A stretch of 64,000 nucleotides of DNA from Terriglobia bacterium (GTDB lineage: Bacteria; Acidobacteriota; Terriglobia; 20CM-2-55-15), in NCBI GenBank assembly GCA_965198225.1, contig CBDAOY010000008.1, positions 1,165,792 through 1,229,791 on the forward strand. Direction: 5' to 3'. The translations under genes and the position numbers were made by a program. Below, in pieces: positions 9,951 to 19,716 of the stretch (positions are counted from its first letter, which is position 1; each line of letters begins with the position of its first letter). The notes below the pieces were generated by a model, which saw nothing but the letters and a program-made list of their open reading frames with translations, did no database searches and was not told the DNA's origin.

Positions 9951-11381
9951 TCAGTAAGCCCTTCCGAATACCACGCGCTCATCGGCGGCCCCACCGCATG
10001 CGACGCAGGCTCCCGGTTCCTTGTCCTGGTTGGTCGGGATGCAGCGAATCGTGGCCTTTGTCTCGTTCTTGACCTTGTCCTCGCACTCGGCCGAACCGCA
10101 CCAGTGACTCCAGAGAAACCCGCCGTCGCCATCGAGGATCTCGTTGAAACGGCCGTATTCGTCGACCTTTTGAGAATGCGCCTCGCGAAAGTCGAGCGCG
10201 CGCTGAAACAGCCCTTTCTGGACGGCATCGAGCGCCTCGTCTATGGCTGCCCGCAGGCCGTCCTGGGACACGAACTCCTTTTCCCCGGTGTCCCTCCTGG
10301 CCAGAACCGCCTGGTTCTTCTCCAGGTCTTTCGGGCCGAGCTCCATCCGCAACGGCACTCCCCGCTGCTCCCATTGGTTGAACTTCCGACCGGGGCTGTA
10401 CTGCTCTCGGTCGTCCACCCTGAATCCGATACCGTCGAGCTCCGCGGCAATCTTGTCGATCCGCTCCAACACGGCGGCCCGTTGCTCGGGATTGCGAAAG
10501 ATGGGAACGATCACCAGCTGCGTGGTCGCCAGCTTCGGCGGGACGATGATACCGCGGTCGTCCCCGTGCGCCATGATCAGCGCGCCTACCATCCGCGTCG
10601 ATACCCCCCAGCTGGTCGCGTACACGAATTCCTGCTCGCCCTTCTCGTTCTGGAACTTGACGTCGAACGCCCGGGCAAAGTTCTGGCCGAGGTGATGCGA
10701 CGTTCCGGCCTGCAGAGCTTTGCCGTCCTGCATCATAGCTTCGATCGTGTAGGTGTGATCGGCTCCGGCAAACTTCTCGCTCTCGCTCTTGAGGCCGGTC
10801 AGGACCGGTACCGCCATGTGCTCTTCCGCGAATCGGCGGTACACCTCGAGAATCGTCAGGGTCTCTTCTTCGGCATCGTCGTAGCTCGCATGGGCCGTGT
10901 GGCCTTCCTGCCAGAGGAATTCCGTTGTCCGGAGAAACAGCCGGGTTCGCCTCTCCCACCGCACGACGTTCGCCCACTGGTTGATCAGCAGGGGCAAGTC
11001 CCGGTAGGACTGGATCCAGTTGCGGTAGGCATGCCAGATGATCGTTTCCGAGGTCGGGCGGACGATTAGCGGCTCCTCCAGCTTCGCCGATCCAGCGTGC
11101 GTCACCTTTGCTACTTCCGGCGCGAAGCCCTCGACGTGTTCCGCTTCCTTGTGAAGAAAGCTCTCGGGAATGAACAGCGGGAAGTAGGCATTCTCGTGCC
11201 CCGTTTCCTTGAACATGCCGTCCATGGCCGCCTGCATCTTCTCCCAGATTGCGTACCCGTTCGGGCGGATGATCATGCAGCCTTTGACCGGCGCGTAGTC
11301 GGCCAACTCGGCGGCCGCGATCACATCCGTGTACCACCGAGCATAGTCATCGGAGCGCTTCGTTATCTTGACGTCAGCCAT
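9951..11381 (-). CDS. proS: proline--tRNA ligase (archaeal/eukaryote-like type)
   Basis: [47 protein letters not shown]..., 476 aa, zinc-binding C-terminal CxxC motifs. Confidence 0.9.
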   Translation of the reverse strand: MADVKITKRSDDYARWYTDVIAAAELADYAPVKGCMIIRPNGYAIWEKMQAAMDGMFKETGHENAYFPLFIPESFLHKEAEHVEGFAPEVAKVTHAGSAKLEEPLIVRPTSETIIWHAYRNWIQSYRDLPLLINQWANVVRWERRTRLFLRTTEFLWQEGHTAHASYDDAEEETLTILEVYRRFAEEHMAVPVLTGLKSESEKFAGADHTYTIEAMMQDGKALQAGTSHHLGQNFARAFDVKFQNEKGEQEFVYATSWGVSTRMVGALIMAHGDDRGIIVPPKLATTQLVIVPIFRNPEQRAAVLERIDKIAAELDGIGFRVDDREQYSPGRKFNQWEQRGVPLRMELGPKDLEKNQAVLARRDTGEKEFVSQDGLRAAIDEALDAVQKGLFQRALDFREAHSQKVDEYGRFNEILDGDGGFLWSHWCGSAECEDKVKNETKATIRCIPTNQDKEPGACVACGGAADERVVFGRAY

Positions 11382-11457
11382 TTCGCTTCTCTTCAGATCG
11401 ATTTATCATTGAGGGAAGAGGCCCCAGAACAAACCGCGTCCGGGCCATAAACCGTTC

Positions 11458-11895
11458 ATGATAGCACACATACTACTGGCCGCTCTCTTGCCGACCGTCG
11501 CTGTCACGACGCCCTCGGGGGCAACCGTCGAAGCCGAAATCGCGGCCACGCCGCAGTCGCGAGAGCGGGGTCTGATGGATCGGGTCACGCTGGATGAGGA
11601 CGCCGGAATGCTGTTCGTGTTTCCCGAGGATGGTATCTATTCTTTCTGGATGAAGAACACCCGGATTCCACTCGACATCATCTGGTTGGACAGCACACAC
11701 AAGGCACTTTTCATCAGCCGTGACACCCCGCCCTGTCCGGTGATGCGGCTCCAGTGCCCGACCTATGGGCCGGACATCCCGGCCCGTTACGTCCTGGAAC
11801 TCGGTGCAGGGCGTGGGGCGGAATTGGGTATTCGCGAGGGGGTTCAGCTCGGTTTCGAACTCCCCGACGATCTCGAAATCTCACGCCACCGGTAG
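11458..11895 (+). CDS. DUF192 domain protein
   Basis: GLMDRVTLDEDAGMLFVFPEDGIYSFWMKNTRIPLDIIWLD...YVLELGAG matches the DUF192 pattern. N-terminal signal-like segment. Confidence 0.75.
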   Translation: MIAHILLAALLPTVAVTTPSGATVEAEIAATPQSRERGLMDRVTLDEDAGMLFVFPEDGIYSFWMKNTRIPLDIIWLDSTHKALFISRDTPPCPVMRLQCPTYGPDIPARYVLELGAGRGAELGIREGVQLGFELPDDLEISRHR

Positions 11896-11954
11896 CAGCG
11901 CCGGAGTCGACGGTATTGCGACAGAACTCCAGCACTACCCCGTCGACAATCCAA

Positions 11955-11983
11955 TTGACAGGCGAGGCCAACCGCAATATTAT
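11955..11983 (+). promoter_or_regulatory. sigma70-type promoter candidate for the mutase operon
   Basis: TTGACA (11955-11960), 17-nt spacer, TATTAT (11978-11983), about 70 nt upstream of GGAGG-ATG at 12052. Confidence 0.5.
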
Positions 11984-12051
11984 GAATAGTTTGGCAATCA
12001 TTAGAGCATAGAGTTCGAGATTCGTTCGTGTCCCCACGTCGGGAGGCAAAT

Positions 12052-13701
12052 ATGGCCAAAGACCTGGTTCAGGATTCCGCGACCAAACAACCCGGAGAAC
12101 AGAGTACCGATGTTGCCTCTGACCTCCGGTTCACCACCGTGTCCGGACGACCGATCGAGCGGCTTTACGGTCCCGGCAACCTGGAAGGCGTCGACCTCGA
12201 CAGGGAACTCGGGCAGCCGGGAGAGCCGCCTTACACCCGCGGAATCTACCCAACCATGTACCGGGAACGCCTGTGGACGATGCGACAGTTCAGCGGGTTC
12301 GGGACTGCCCAGGACACGAACGAGCGTTTTCACTACCTGCTGGAGAACGGACAGACCGGGCTCTCCGTCGCTTTCCACCTGCCCACTTTGATGGGGTACG
12401 ACTCCGACCATCCCATGTCGGCGGGCGAAGTGGGCAAATGCGGCGTCGCCATCGATTCCCTCCAGGACATGGAAACCCTGTTCGACCGGATTCCGCTCGA
12501 GCAGATTTCGACTTCCATGACCACGAACGCTCCCGCCCCGATAATCTGGGCCATGTACCTGGTCGTCGCCGAGCAACAGGGTGTCGACTGGACGAAGCTT
12601 TCCGGAACGATTCAGAACGACCTCCTCAAGGAGTACATCGCGCAGAAGACCTTCATCTTCCCTCCGCGGCCCTCGATGAAGCTCATCGTGGACACGTTCG
12701 AATTCGGGACGCAGCACGTTCCGCGGTGGAATTCGATTTCCATCAGCGGCTACCACATCCGCGAAGCCGGATCGACCGCGCTCCAGGAACTCGCCTTCAC
12801 GCTCTACGACGGTGTCGAGTACGTCGAGTGGGCGCGGAGGGCGGGACTGGATGTCGACGAGTTCGCGCCGCGCTTGTCGTTCTTCTTCAATTCTCACAGC
12901 GACCTGTTCGAGGAAGTCGCCAAGTACCGGGCCGCAAGGAAGATCTGGTACAAGGTCATGACGGATCGCTTCGATTGCAAGAACCCGAAATCGGCGATCC
13001 TGCGATTCCACACGCAGACAGCAGGCTGCTCCCTCACCGCGCAACAGCCCTACAACAACGTGGTCCGAACGACGATTCAGGCCCTGGCGGGCGTTCTGGG
13101 GGGCACTCAGTCGCTGCACACAAATTCGCTCGACGAAACCCTGGCGTTGCCGACCGAGCATGCCGCCCGGATCGCGCTTCGGACCCAGCAGATCATCGCA
13201 CACGAGAGCGGCGTTCCGAACACGGTCGATCCGCTGGGTGGCTCATACTTTGTCGAGAAACTTACCCTCGACATGGAAAAGGGATGCTGGGATTACTTCG
13301 AACGTCTCGACGACATGGGCGGTATGGTCTCGGCAATCGAAAAGGGGTTTCCACAAAGGGAGATCCAGGACGCTGCATACGAGTACCAGAAGGCCATCGA
13401 GCGCAAAGAAAAAATCGTCGTGGGCATCAACGATTTCGAAATCGAGGACGAGGCTCCGATCGACGTATTGCTGATCGACGAATCCGTCGCCGAGCGCCAG
13501 ATCGGCAAACTTCGGGAACTGCGTGCATCTCGGGACAACGGCAAAATTCAGGCTACTCTCGCGGCGCTGGAGACCGCCGCCCGCGGTGACGCGAACATGA
13601 TGTATCCGATCCTCGACTGCGTGCGCGCCTACGCCACGCTCGGGGAGATGTGCGACACTCTGCGCGGCGTTTACGGTGAATACGAGGAATCCGGGTTCTA
13701 G
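12052..13701 (+). CDS. methylmalonyl-CoA mutase family, large (catalytic) subunit
   Basis: [68 protein letters not shown] lies 8 nt before ATG 12052. The TAG stop lies inside the arm of the 13698 element. Confidence 0.9.
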   Translation: MAKDLVQDSATKQPGEQSTDVASDLRFTTVSGRPIERLYGPGNLEGVDLDRELGQPGEPPYTRGIYPTMYRERLWTMRQFSGFGTAQDTNERFHYLLENGQTGLSVAFHLPTLMGYDSDHPMSAGEVGKCGVAIDSLQDMETLFDRIPLEQISTSMTTNAPAPIIWAMYLVVAEQQGVDWTKLSGTIQNDLLKEYIAQKTFIFPPRPSMKLIVDTFEFGTQHVPRWNSISISGYHIREAGSTALQELAFTLYDGVEYVEWARRAGLDVDEFAPRLSFFFNSHSDLFEEVAKYRAARKIWYKVMTDRFDCKNPKSAILRFHTQTAGCSLTAQQPYNNVVRTTIQALAGVLGGTQSLHTNSLDETLALPTEHAARIALRTQQIIAHESGVPNTVDPLGGSYFVEKLTLDMEKGCWDYFERLDDMGGMVSAIEKGFPQREIQDAAYEYQKAIERKEKIVVGINDFEIEDEAPIDVLLIDESVAERQIGKLRELRASRDNGKIQATLAALETAARGDANMMYPILDCVRAYATLGEMCDTLRGVYGEYEESGF

Positions 13702-13972
13702 TGGCCTGTAACAATGCTATCGGTACCATCGCCGATGGGTCTTGCGGGCGAGGTCGAGGAGGGAGACGGAAAGCGATGCTCTTTCATCGGTGACGGCTTC
13801 CGACAAAGAGATCGCCCGCAACCCCCATCGGCCCAAAGGGTTCGGCGGAACGGCGCCGTCTTCGGTGTCGTAACGCCCTCGCAATGAAACAGCATTGGCT
13901 CGGGCGTCACTCCTAGAATCCGACGCCGTTCCGCCGAACGCTGGCACCGATAGCACTGTTACAGGTCACTAG
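13698..13972. repeat. 275-bp hairpin-bounded structured element, copy A (MITE-like or ncRNA)
   Basis: 31-nt terminal arms CTAGTGGCCTGTAACAATGCTATCGGTACCA / TGGCACCGATAGCACTGTTACAGGTCACTAG (28/31 complementary). Internal perfect 16-bp pairing between 13840..13855 and 13924..13939. Core related to 18507 and 36181. Confidence 0.8.
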
Positions 13973-13989
13973 GGTCCTGAGTTACCGAC

Positions 13990-14388
13990 ATGAACGAGAA
14001 GATACGCGTCCTGGTCGCCAAGCCCGGTCTCGACGGACACGACCGGGGAGCCAAGATCATCGCCCGGGCGTTTCGGGATGCCGGATTCGAAGTCATTTAC
14101 ACCGGGTTGCGACAGACGCCCCAGCAGGTCGTGACCGCGGCGCTTCAGGAAGACGTCGATGTGATCGGGTTGTCGGTGCTGTCGGGGGCCCACATGACCC
14201 TGTGTCCTCAGATCATGGAACTCATTCGCAAAGAGCAGATGGAGGACGTGCTCGTCGTTGTGGGCGGCATCATCCCGGACGAAGACATCACCAAGCTCAA
14301 AGACGATGGCGTGAACGAAATTTTCCTGCCTGGAACGTCGACCGAAGACATCGTCGACTACGTCCGCAAGAACGTACGCCAAAAGTGA
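13990..14388 (+). CDS. methylmalonyl-CoA mutase small subunit (cobalamin-binding domain)
   Basis: [34 protein letters not shown] with the B12-binding DxHxxG motif, 132 aa. Confidence 0.9.
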   Translation: MNEKIRVLVAKPGLDGHDRGAKIIARAFRDAGFEVIYTGLRQTPQQVVTAALQEDVDVIGLSVLSGAHMTLCPQIMELIRKEQMEDVLVVVGGIIPDEDITKLKDDGVNEIFLPGTSTEDIVDYVRKNVRQK

Positions 14389-14966
14389 AAGCATTTGGCT
14401 CGATCCGGGTCGAGCGCAGAGACGGCGCTGTCACGATCACTCTCCTTCACAGGGTGCTCAGGATCGAAGTCCTCGCGGAAATCGAACTCGCTCTAAGCCA
14501 GACCTCTGAGGCGCTCTTTATCACGGGTACCGAGGGGTACTTCGCCGCCGGCGCCGACATCGCGCAATTGAACGAGCTGACCGGGCCGCTAGCCCTGGCG
14601 TTCGCGCGCCAGGGACAGACTCTTCTCGACAAGCTGGGCGGCCGGGGAGCGCCCAGCATCGCCGCCATCGACGGTTTCTGCCTCGGCGGCGGCCTGGACC
14701 TGGCTCTGGCATGTGACTTTCGTTACGCGAGCGCCCGGTCCCGGTTCGCGCATCCCGGCGGCAGGATCGGAATCCTGACCGGCTGGGGCGGAACGGGTCG
14801 GCTTCCGCGAACGATCGGCAAGAGCCGGGCTCTTGAAATGATGGTTGCCGGTCGGTGGCTCGGGGCTTCAGAAGCTCTGGAATGGGGGTTGATCGACGGC
14901 GTCGTTGATCAACCGTTGGCTTTCGCCGAGAGTCGTCACGGGTCGTTTCAGCCGCTCACGCTCTGA
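14385..14966 (+). CDS. enoyl-CoA hydratase/isomerase (crotonase) family protein, short
   Basis: Second half of ORF 14202..14966. GTG 14385 overlaps the upstream TGA (GTGA). FAAGADI...[25 protein letters not shown] is crotonase-like. Confidence 0.75.
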   Translation: MKAFGSIRVERRDGAVTITLLHRVLRIEVLAEIELALSQTSEALFITGTEGYFAAGADIAQLNELTGPLALAFARQGQTLLDKLGGRGAPSIAAIDGFCLGGGLDLALACDFRYASARSRFAHPGGRIGILTGWGGTGRLPRTIGKSRALEMMVAGRWLGASEALEWGLIDGVVDQPLAFAESRHGSFQPLTL

Positions 14967-14974
14967 AACAACTC

Positions 14975-15057
14975 TTAAACACGAAGGCATGAAGGACACG
15001 AAGATGGCCTATTATCTTCGTCTGTCCTCCGCGAACTTCGTGGCTTCGTCTTGAAAG
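14975..15057. repeat. REP-like hairpin, ACGAAG variant of the octamer family
   Basis: TTAAACACGAAGGCATGAAGGACACGAAGATGG ... ATCTTCGTCTGTCCTCCGCGAACTTCGTGGCTTCGTCTTGAA. Imperfect inverted arms between convergent genes. Confidence 0.7.
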
Positions 15058-15113
15058 ATATCGTGTCCGAAAAGCGCAGATCTTGAGGGTCACGAACACC
15101 CTGAAAGGAAAAA

Positions 15114-15166
15114 GGCACAGAAGAGAGTCCCTCTGTGCCTCCGTGTCTCCGTGTCTCCGTGGTTGA
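15114..15166. repeat. REP-like element, CCACGGAG family, copy 3 (half copy with CTCCGTGT tandem x3)
   Basis: GGCACAG-N12-CTGTGCC hairpin followed by CTCCGTGTCTCCGTGTCTCCGTGGTT. Confidence 0.7.
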
Positions 15167-15172
15167 TCCGTC

Positions 15173-15625
15173 CTAAATCAGTTCGAAGCCCTCGATGTCG
15201 AGGATCGAGCCTTCGCGTTCATCGCGCAGCCGCACTTTCGCGCGCGCACCGATCTTCCATCGTGAAGGATCGCCCAGTCCACGGTGCACCAGCACCGACT
15301 GGGCGCCGTCCAGCCTGACGAGGGCCACCACGTCAGGCGGATCGAGGGGCTGACCTTCGAGACCGAGGTGGCACAGCGTAAAACTGATCACCTCGCCCTC
15401 ATGGCCGACTGGAGTGTGGTCCCTCAGCTCCGCGAAGCATCGTTCGCAGAACAGGGCCGCGGGGACGTAGACCCACTCACATTTCTCGCAACGGGCACCG
15501 AGGATCTCGCCCCGATCCCTTAGGGCCTCGAAGAAGGCCTGGCCCGCCAGGCCCGCTGTGTAAAGGGAACCGAATGGAAGGTTCCCCTTCCATGCGATGT
15601 AGTCGTGGTTGGCAGGCGTTCTCAT
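15173..15625 (-). CDS. Zn-ribbon OB-fold protein (DUF35)
   Basis: CEKCEWVYVPAALFCERC zinc ribbon followed by an OB-fold segment. ATG 15625 overlaps the upstream stop (ATGA). Confidence 0.8.
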   Translation of the reverse strand: MRTPANHDYIAWKGNLPFGSLYTAGLAGQAFFEALRDRGEILGARCEKCEWVYVPAALFCERCFAELRDHTPVGHEGEVISFTLCHLGLEGQPLDPPDVVALVRLDGAQSVLVHRGLGDPSRWKIGARAKVRLRDEREGSILDIEGFELI

Positions 15626-16122
15626 TTGACCGGCGCCCAGTGCTTGAGGTCGGTGATCGCGCCTTCGCGCTCCTCGGCCGGCTTCCATACGGCCTTGACT
15701 TTCATCCCGACCCGGACTTCGTCCGGATCGACATCAGCGATGAGGTGCAGGATGCCATACCCCTCCGACGCCCCGTCGACCTCGATCACCGCCGGAATCT
15801 GCGGGTAAGTGAGTTTCTTCATGTCCCACGTCACGTAGCAGATCGAAAACGTGTTGACTGTCCCCGTGTCCTCGAGGGTGACCCATTCGTCAGCGAGTCG
15901 GAAGCACAGCTCGCAGAAATCCCGCGGCGGAATGAACGTCCGGTCGCACTTACGGCACCGGCGGCCCACGAGGCGGCCATTCTTCAGCTCTTCCAGGTAG
16001 CGGCCGATCGCTCGGCCCGCGTCCCACGCATACTCCAGTCGCGGCTCGTAAGACCTGGAGATGACCTTGCCCGACTCGAAGTCGGCTGAACTGAGCGGCG
16101 TTCCGTACTTTGGTTCCATCAT
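15622..16122 (-). CDS. Zn-ribbon OB-fold protein (DUF35), second copy
   Basis: GRRCRKCDRTFIPPRDFCELC plus an OB-fold segment, 166 aa, overlapping the thiolase-like gene stop. Confidence 0.8.
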   Translation of the reverse strand: MMEPKYGTPLSSADFESGKVISRSYEPRLEYAWDAGRAIGRYLEELKNGRLVGRRCRKCDRTFIPPRDFCELCFRLADEWVTLEDTGTVNTFSICYVTWDMKKLTYPQIPAVIEVDGASEGYGILHLIADVDPDEVRVGMKVKAVWKPAEEREGAITDLKHWAPVK

Positions 16123-17282
16123 GCCCCCACCACGATGACGGTTCCGACCTGCATCAAGTCGCCCCAGGCCTGGGCCACGCCCCGGCGGGGGTTTCCGCCT
16201 TTGACCTGCCGGGCACCGGCTTCCCCGCGGACCTGCCAGAACAGCTCGCAGATCTTCATCATGCCTGCCGCGGCAATCGGGTTGCCAACGCCGAGCAATC
16301 CCCCCGAGGGAACGGATGGCAGCTTCCCGTCCCGGTTGAAATGGCCTTCAGCCAGAAGCTTCGGAGCCTGGCCCTTCGGAGCCAGCTGCAGACCCTCGAG
16401 ATGGTGCAGCTCTTTGTAGGCAAATGGATCGTACGGCTCGGCGAAGTCGATCTCCTCGGCCGGCTTTTCTATGCCCGCCATCTTGTAGGCCATCCACGCC
16501 GCCTTCTCGACGTAACGCGGGTAGTAGAGGTCGCGGTTCGTCCAGAAGGCGGTGTCCAGCGCCCAGCCGACACCCTCGACCCAGGCAGGTTTGTCGGTCA
16601 CCGACTTGGCCACGTCTTCGACTGCCATCACACAGGCGGCCGCGCCGTCGCTGGTCGGGCTGACCATGAGGCGATGGACGGGATGGGCCATGACCTCGGA
16701 GTCGAGCACCTGCTGGACCGTCACCTCGGCGCCGAGCTGGGCCGACGGGTGATCCAGAGCGTTGCGCTTGTTCTTGACGCTGGCGAGGGCGATCTCTTCG
16801 TTCTTGATGCCGTGGACCGCCATGTAGCGCTGCTGCTCCAGCGCGAAAATCCACAGCAGGTTCGGCCCGAGAGCTCGCTCGGTGGTGTGGTCGAAGATCG
16901 TGATGAAGGCTCCCTGCGGGTGAGGCTGGCAGGAGGACATCTTCTCCTCGCAGACCACCAGGGCCGTTCGGAACTTCCCGCTGGCCAGGTGCATCCACGC
17001 GTGGATCGGCGCGAATACCCCGGTGCCGCCGCCCACGTAGCACCGCGTGTAGGGCTTGCCCCATGCGCCGGACCCGCCGGAGAGATACTCGCCGTTGAAG
17101 TGGACGCCGTCGAAGGCGTCCGGTGCGGTGCCGTGGATCACGCAGTCGATCTCGTCCAATGTCATCCCGGCACTGTCGAGCGCGGCGCTGGCCGCAGCCC
17201 ACGACAACTCGGGAGGAGTTTCCTGCGCGCGACGGACGAACTTCGTGATCCCCGCGCCGACGATGGCTACTCGTTTACCCAT
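16119..17282 (-). CDS. thiolase-like (SCP-x type) protein
   Basis: MGKRVAIVGAGITKF..., EEKMSS, C-terminal SGGLLGVGNPIAAAG. 387 aa. Confidence 0.8.
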   Translation of the reverse strand: MGKRVAIVGAGITKFVRRAQETPPELSWAAASAALDSAGMTLDEIDCVIHGTAPDAFDGVHFNGEYLSGGSGAWGKPYTRCYVGGGTGVFAPIHAWMHLASGKFRTALVVCEEKMSSCQPHPQGAFITIFDHTTERALGPNLLWIFALEQQRYMAVHGIKNEEIALASVKNKRNALDHPSAQLGAEVTVQQVLDSEVMAHPVHRLMVSPTSDGAAACVMAVEDVAKSVTDKPAWVEGVGWALDTAFWTNRDLYYPRYVEKAAWMAYKMAGIEKPAEEIDFAEPYDPFAYKELHHLEGLQLAPKGQAPKLLAEGHFNRDGKLPSVPSGGLLGVGNPIAAAGMMKICELFWQVRGEAGARQVKGGNPRRGVAQAWGDLMQVGTVIVVGA

Positions 17283-18360
17283 GATTCTTGGATAGGATGG
17301 CTACCGCCGCGCTGGTTGTGGGCACTCCCCGCCACGAATGCGCGAGCGCTGTCCCTGCTTCACCGTTGCGCAGGGCCTCTGCACACATTGCGACGCGGTA
17401 GAGGCCTATCGTGTCGAGCGTGTGCCCCATCCCGATGCTCCCTCCCGAGGTGTTGACCTTTGCCGCCTCGTCTCTCACGCCAATGGTGGCCAGGGTGAGC
17501 AACTCGCGGTAGGCGTACAGGTCGTCAACCTCAAAGAAATCGATCTCCTTGTCCGGATCGTTGATACCGGCCTCGGCGAAGGCCATCCCGGCGGCTTTCT
17601 CGGTGGCCGCGTCAGTGCCCCATGTTCGCGACTCCAGCGTGGGAGTATCGTTCGCCCATCCCGTGCCGGAGATCCAAACCGGCCGACTCGCCTTCTGAGC
17701 GCGTTCCTCCGATGCAAGCACGAGCACGACTGCCCCGTCGGCTCGCTGAGCCTGGTGCATCTCTCGCATGGGCGTGAACGTGTCGGGCGAAAGCGCAACG
17801 TCCTCGGCCGTGATACGCGCAGCATAAGCGGCGATCGGGTTGCCCAATGCGTTGGTCCGATTCTTGGCCGCCACCCTGTCACAATCCTCGACAGTGGCCC
17901 CTGACTCCTTCAGGAAGCGATTCATCTCCAGACCGGCGATGAACTCCGGGTGGAGTCCCAGCGGCCGGTTCCATATCGGATCGAGAGCGTACGCCATCAC
18001 ATGGTCGAAGGTCAGAATGTTCGATGCTTTGCTGTGGGCCTCCACCACGGCAACCTCGATAGCGCCTGTCTGGATCTGCATCGCGGCTACTGCGAGACCA
18101 TGCAGGCCGTCGCCGGTGACTGTTTCCACCGAACGCAGCACCACGCCGAGCTGATCGGGGGTGTACTCGTCAGCTATGGAGATGCCCTCGAAGAAATCTT
18201 CTTCGCAGCAGACGGCGGATTCGACGTCCGTGTGCGAAATGTCGGCGTCCTCGTATGCTCTCTGGGCCGCTCCGAACGTCAGTTCCCTGTAGGAGACTTC
18301 GGGCGTTACCGCCCTGACAGGGGTATACCCAACGCCGATGATAGCTACCTTTCCGGACAT
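17275..18360 (-). CDS. thiolase-like protein, second subunit
   Basis: MSGKVAIIGVGYTPV..., C-terminal NTSGGSIGMGHTLDTIG. ATG 18360 preferred over the ORF-track start at 18399. Confidence 0.8.
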   Translation of the reverse strand: MSGKVAIIGVGYTPVRAVTPEVSYRELTFGAAQRAYEDADISHTDVESAVCCEEDFFEGISIADEYTPDQLGVVLRSVETVTGDGLHGLAVAAMQIQTGAIEVAVVEAHSKASNILTFDHVMAYALDPIWNRPLGLHPEFIAGLEMNRFLKESGATVEDCDRVAAKNRTNALGNPIAAYAARITAEDVALSPDTFTPMREMHQAQRADGAVVLVLASEERAQKASRPVWISGTGWANDTPTLESRTWGTDAATEKAAGMAFAEAGINDPDKEIDFFEVDDLYAYRELLTLATIGVRDEAAKVNTSGGSIGMGHTLDTIGLYRVAMCAEALRNGEAGTALAHSWRGVPTTSAAVAILSKNHG

Positions 18361-18506
18361 GATCGCTCCGCGGTCCTTTACAAGGAGTGTTGCCGGCACC
18401 TATGATTGCAAATCTTCGATGATGATAGGCGTTCTTAGGAGGTGAGTACGCGTATCAGGCACCAAAACGAACTGGTCTTTATGCCACAATTCGATTTCCT
18501 TTGCAA

Positions 18507-18785
18507 GGCCAGCAGCCCGTGGCAGAAGTCTGATGGTTCGCGCGCACGGGTCTTCGGAGGCGGAGATGAGGCGCGAGGAGGAACTGATGCGGTTTCATCA
18601 TGACGACGAGTAACAAAGTATCCGACCGCAACGCCCGTGCGCCCGGAGGGTTACGGCGGCGTCACACACGGGCGCTGTTGCCGCGCGACATTTTCTCCAG
18701 ACCCGCGGATCGGTCGATCGCGCCTACCATCTGGCGCAACGCCGCCGTAACGCGAGCCATCAGACTTCTGCCACGGGCTGCTAGC
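18507..18785. repeat. about 279-bp hairpin-bounded structured element, copy B (best preserved)
   Basis: Arms 18509..18543 and 18751..18785 share a perfect 26-nt complement (AGCAGCCCGTGGCAGAAGTCTGATGG). Internal 12-bp pairing between 18650..18661 and 18740..18751. Homologous to 36181 in inverted orientation. Confidence 0.85.
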
Positions 18786-18804
18786 GTCAACCAAACCAAA
18801 CGCT

Positions 18805-19716
18805 ATGGATGCTGAAACCCCACGGGTCCGCATCGTCGAGGTCGGACCTCGCGATGGACTCCAGAACGAACCCGACACCGTGTCTACTGCCGACAAGGTG
18901 GAGTTCATCGGACTGCTTGCAGACGCTGGGCTCCGGGAGATCGAGGTCGCGTCCTTCGTCCATCCGAAGTGGGTCCCGCAACTGGCCGACGCGAAGGAGG
19001 TGATCGAAGAACTGGAAGACCGTCCCGGGCTGCGGTATTCGGCCCTCGTCCCGAACATGCGGGGCCTGGAACGTGCCATTGAAGCCGGCGTTTCCCGCAT
19101 CGCCGTCTTCACCTCAGCGTCGGAAACGTTCAACCACCGAAACATCAATATGGGCATTCAGGAGTCCCTGGACGCATTTCGGCCTGTCGTCGAAACGGCG
19201 CTCGAGGCCGACATCTCCGTACGGGGATATGTGTCCACCTGCTGGATCTGTCCATACGAAGGCAAAATTGCCAGAGACCAGGTCTCCCGGGTGATCGAGG
19301 ATCTCTTCGAGGTCGGCGTCGATGAGGTGTCGGTCGGAGACACGATCGGCGGCGCGACGCCGAACGATGTCGAGACCACCCTCGACGAGTTGATTTCGAG
19401 AGTCGGGAAAGAAAGGCTTGCGATGCATTTCCACGACACGTATGGGATGGCCGTAGCCAACACCTACCAGGCACTGCGGATGGGCATCACGACCTTCGAT
19501 AGTTCGGCCGGCGGTCTGGGCGGTTGCCCGTACGCTCCCGGAGCCCTCGGGAACGTCGCGACCGAAGACCTTCTGTATCTCTTCGACCGCCTCGGAATCA
19601 ACACGGGAGTCCGGTTGAGCGGTATCCGGCACGCCTCGGAGTTCATCTCGAAGACTCTGGACCGGTCCCTGCCCTCCCGCGTGCTGAAGACCTCGGTCGG
19701 CAAAGACCTCAACTGA
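18805..19716 (+). CDS. hmgL: hydroxymethylglutaryl-CoA lyase
   Basis: VRIVEVGPRDGLQNE...FVHPKWVPQLAD...GGLGGCPYAPGALGNVATEDL. Confidence 0.9.
   Translation: MDAETPRVRIVEVGPRDGLQNEPDTVSTADKVEFIGLLADAGLREIEVASFVHPKWVPQLADAKEVIEELEDRPGLRYSALVPNMRGLERAIEAGVSRIAVFTSASETFNHRNINMGIQESLDAFRPVVETALEADISVRGYVSTCWICPYEGKIARDQVSRVIEDLFEVGVDEVSVGDTIGGATPNDVETTLDELISRVGKERLAMHFHDTYGMAVANTYQALRMGITTFDSSAGGLGGCPYAPGALGNVATEDLLYLFDRLGINTGVRLSGIRHASEFISKTLDRSLPSRVLKTSVGKDLN

Noticed and set aside
13698-13972. Retron msr/msd interpretation of the hairpin-bounded elements (terminal a1/a2-like inverted repeats)
   Set aside because: No reverse transcriptase gene lies next to any of the three copies, and no conserved branching-G context is evident. 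Kept only as a remote alternative.
18568-18615. Micro-ORF inside element B (MRREEELMRFHHDDE)
   Set aside because: The corresponding stretch in copy A gives only MLFHR-stop, and copy C reads differently. Conservation is at the nucleotide/hairpin level (GATG-N6-CATC), not at the peptide level.
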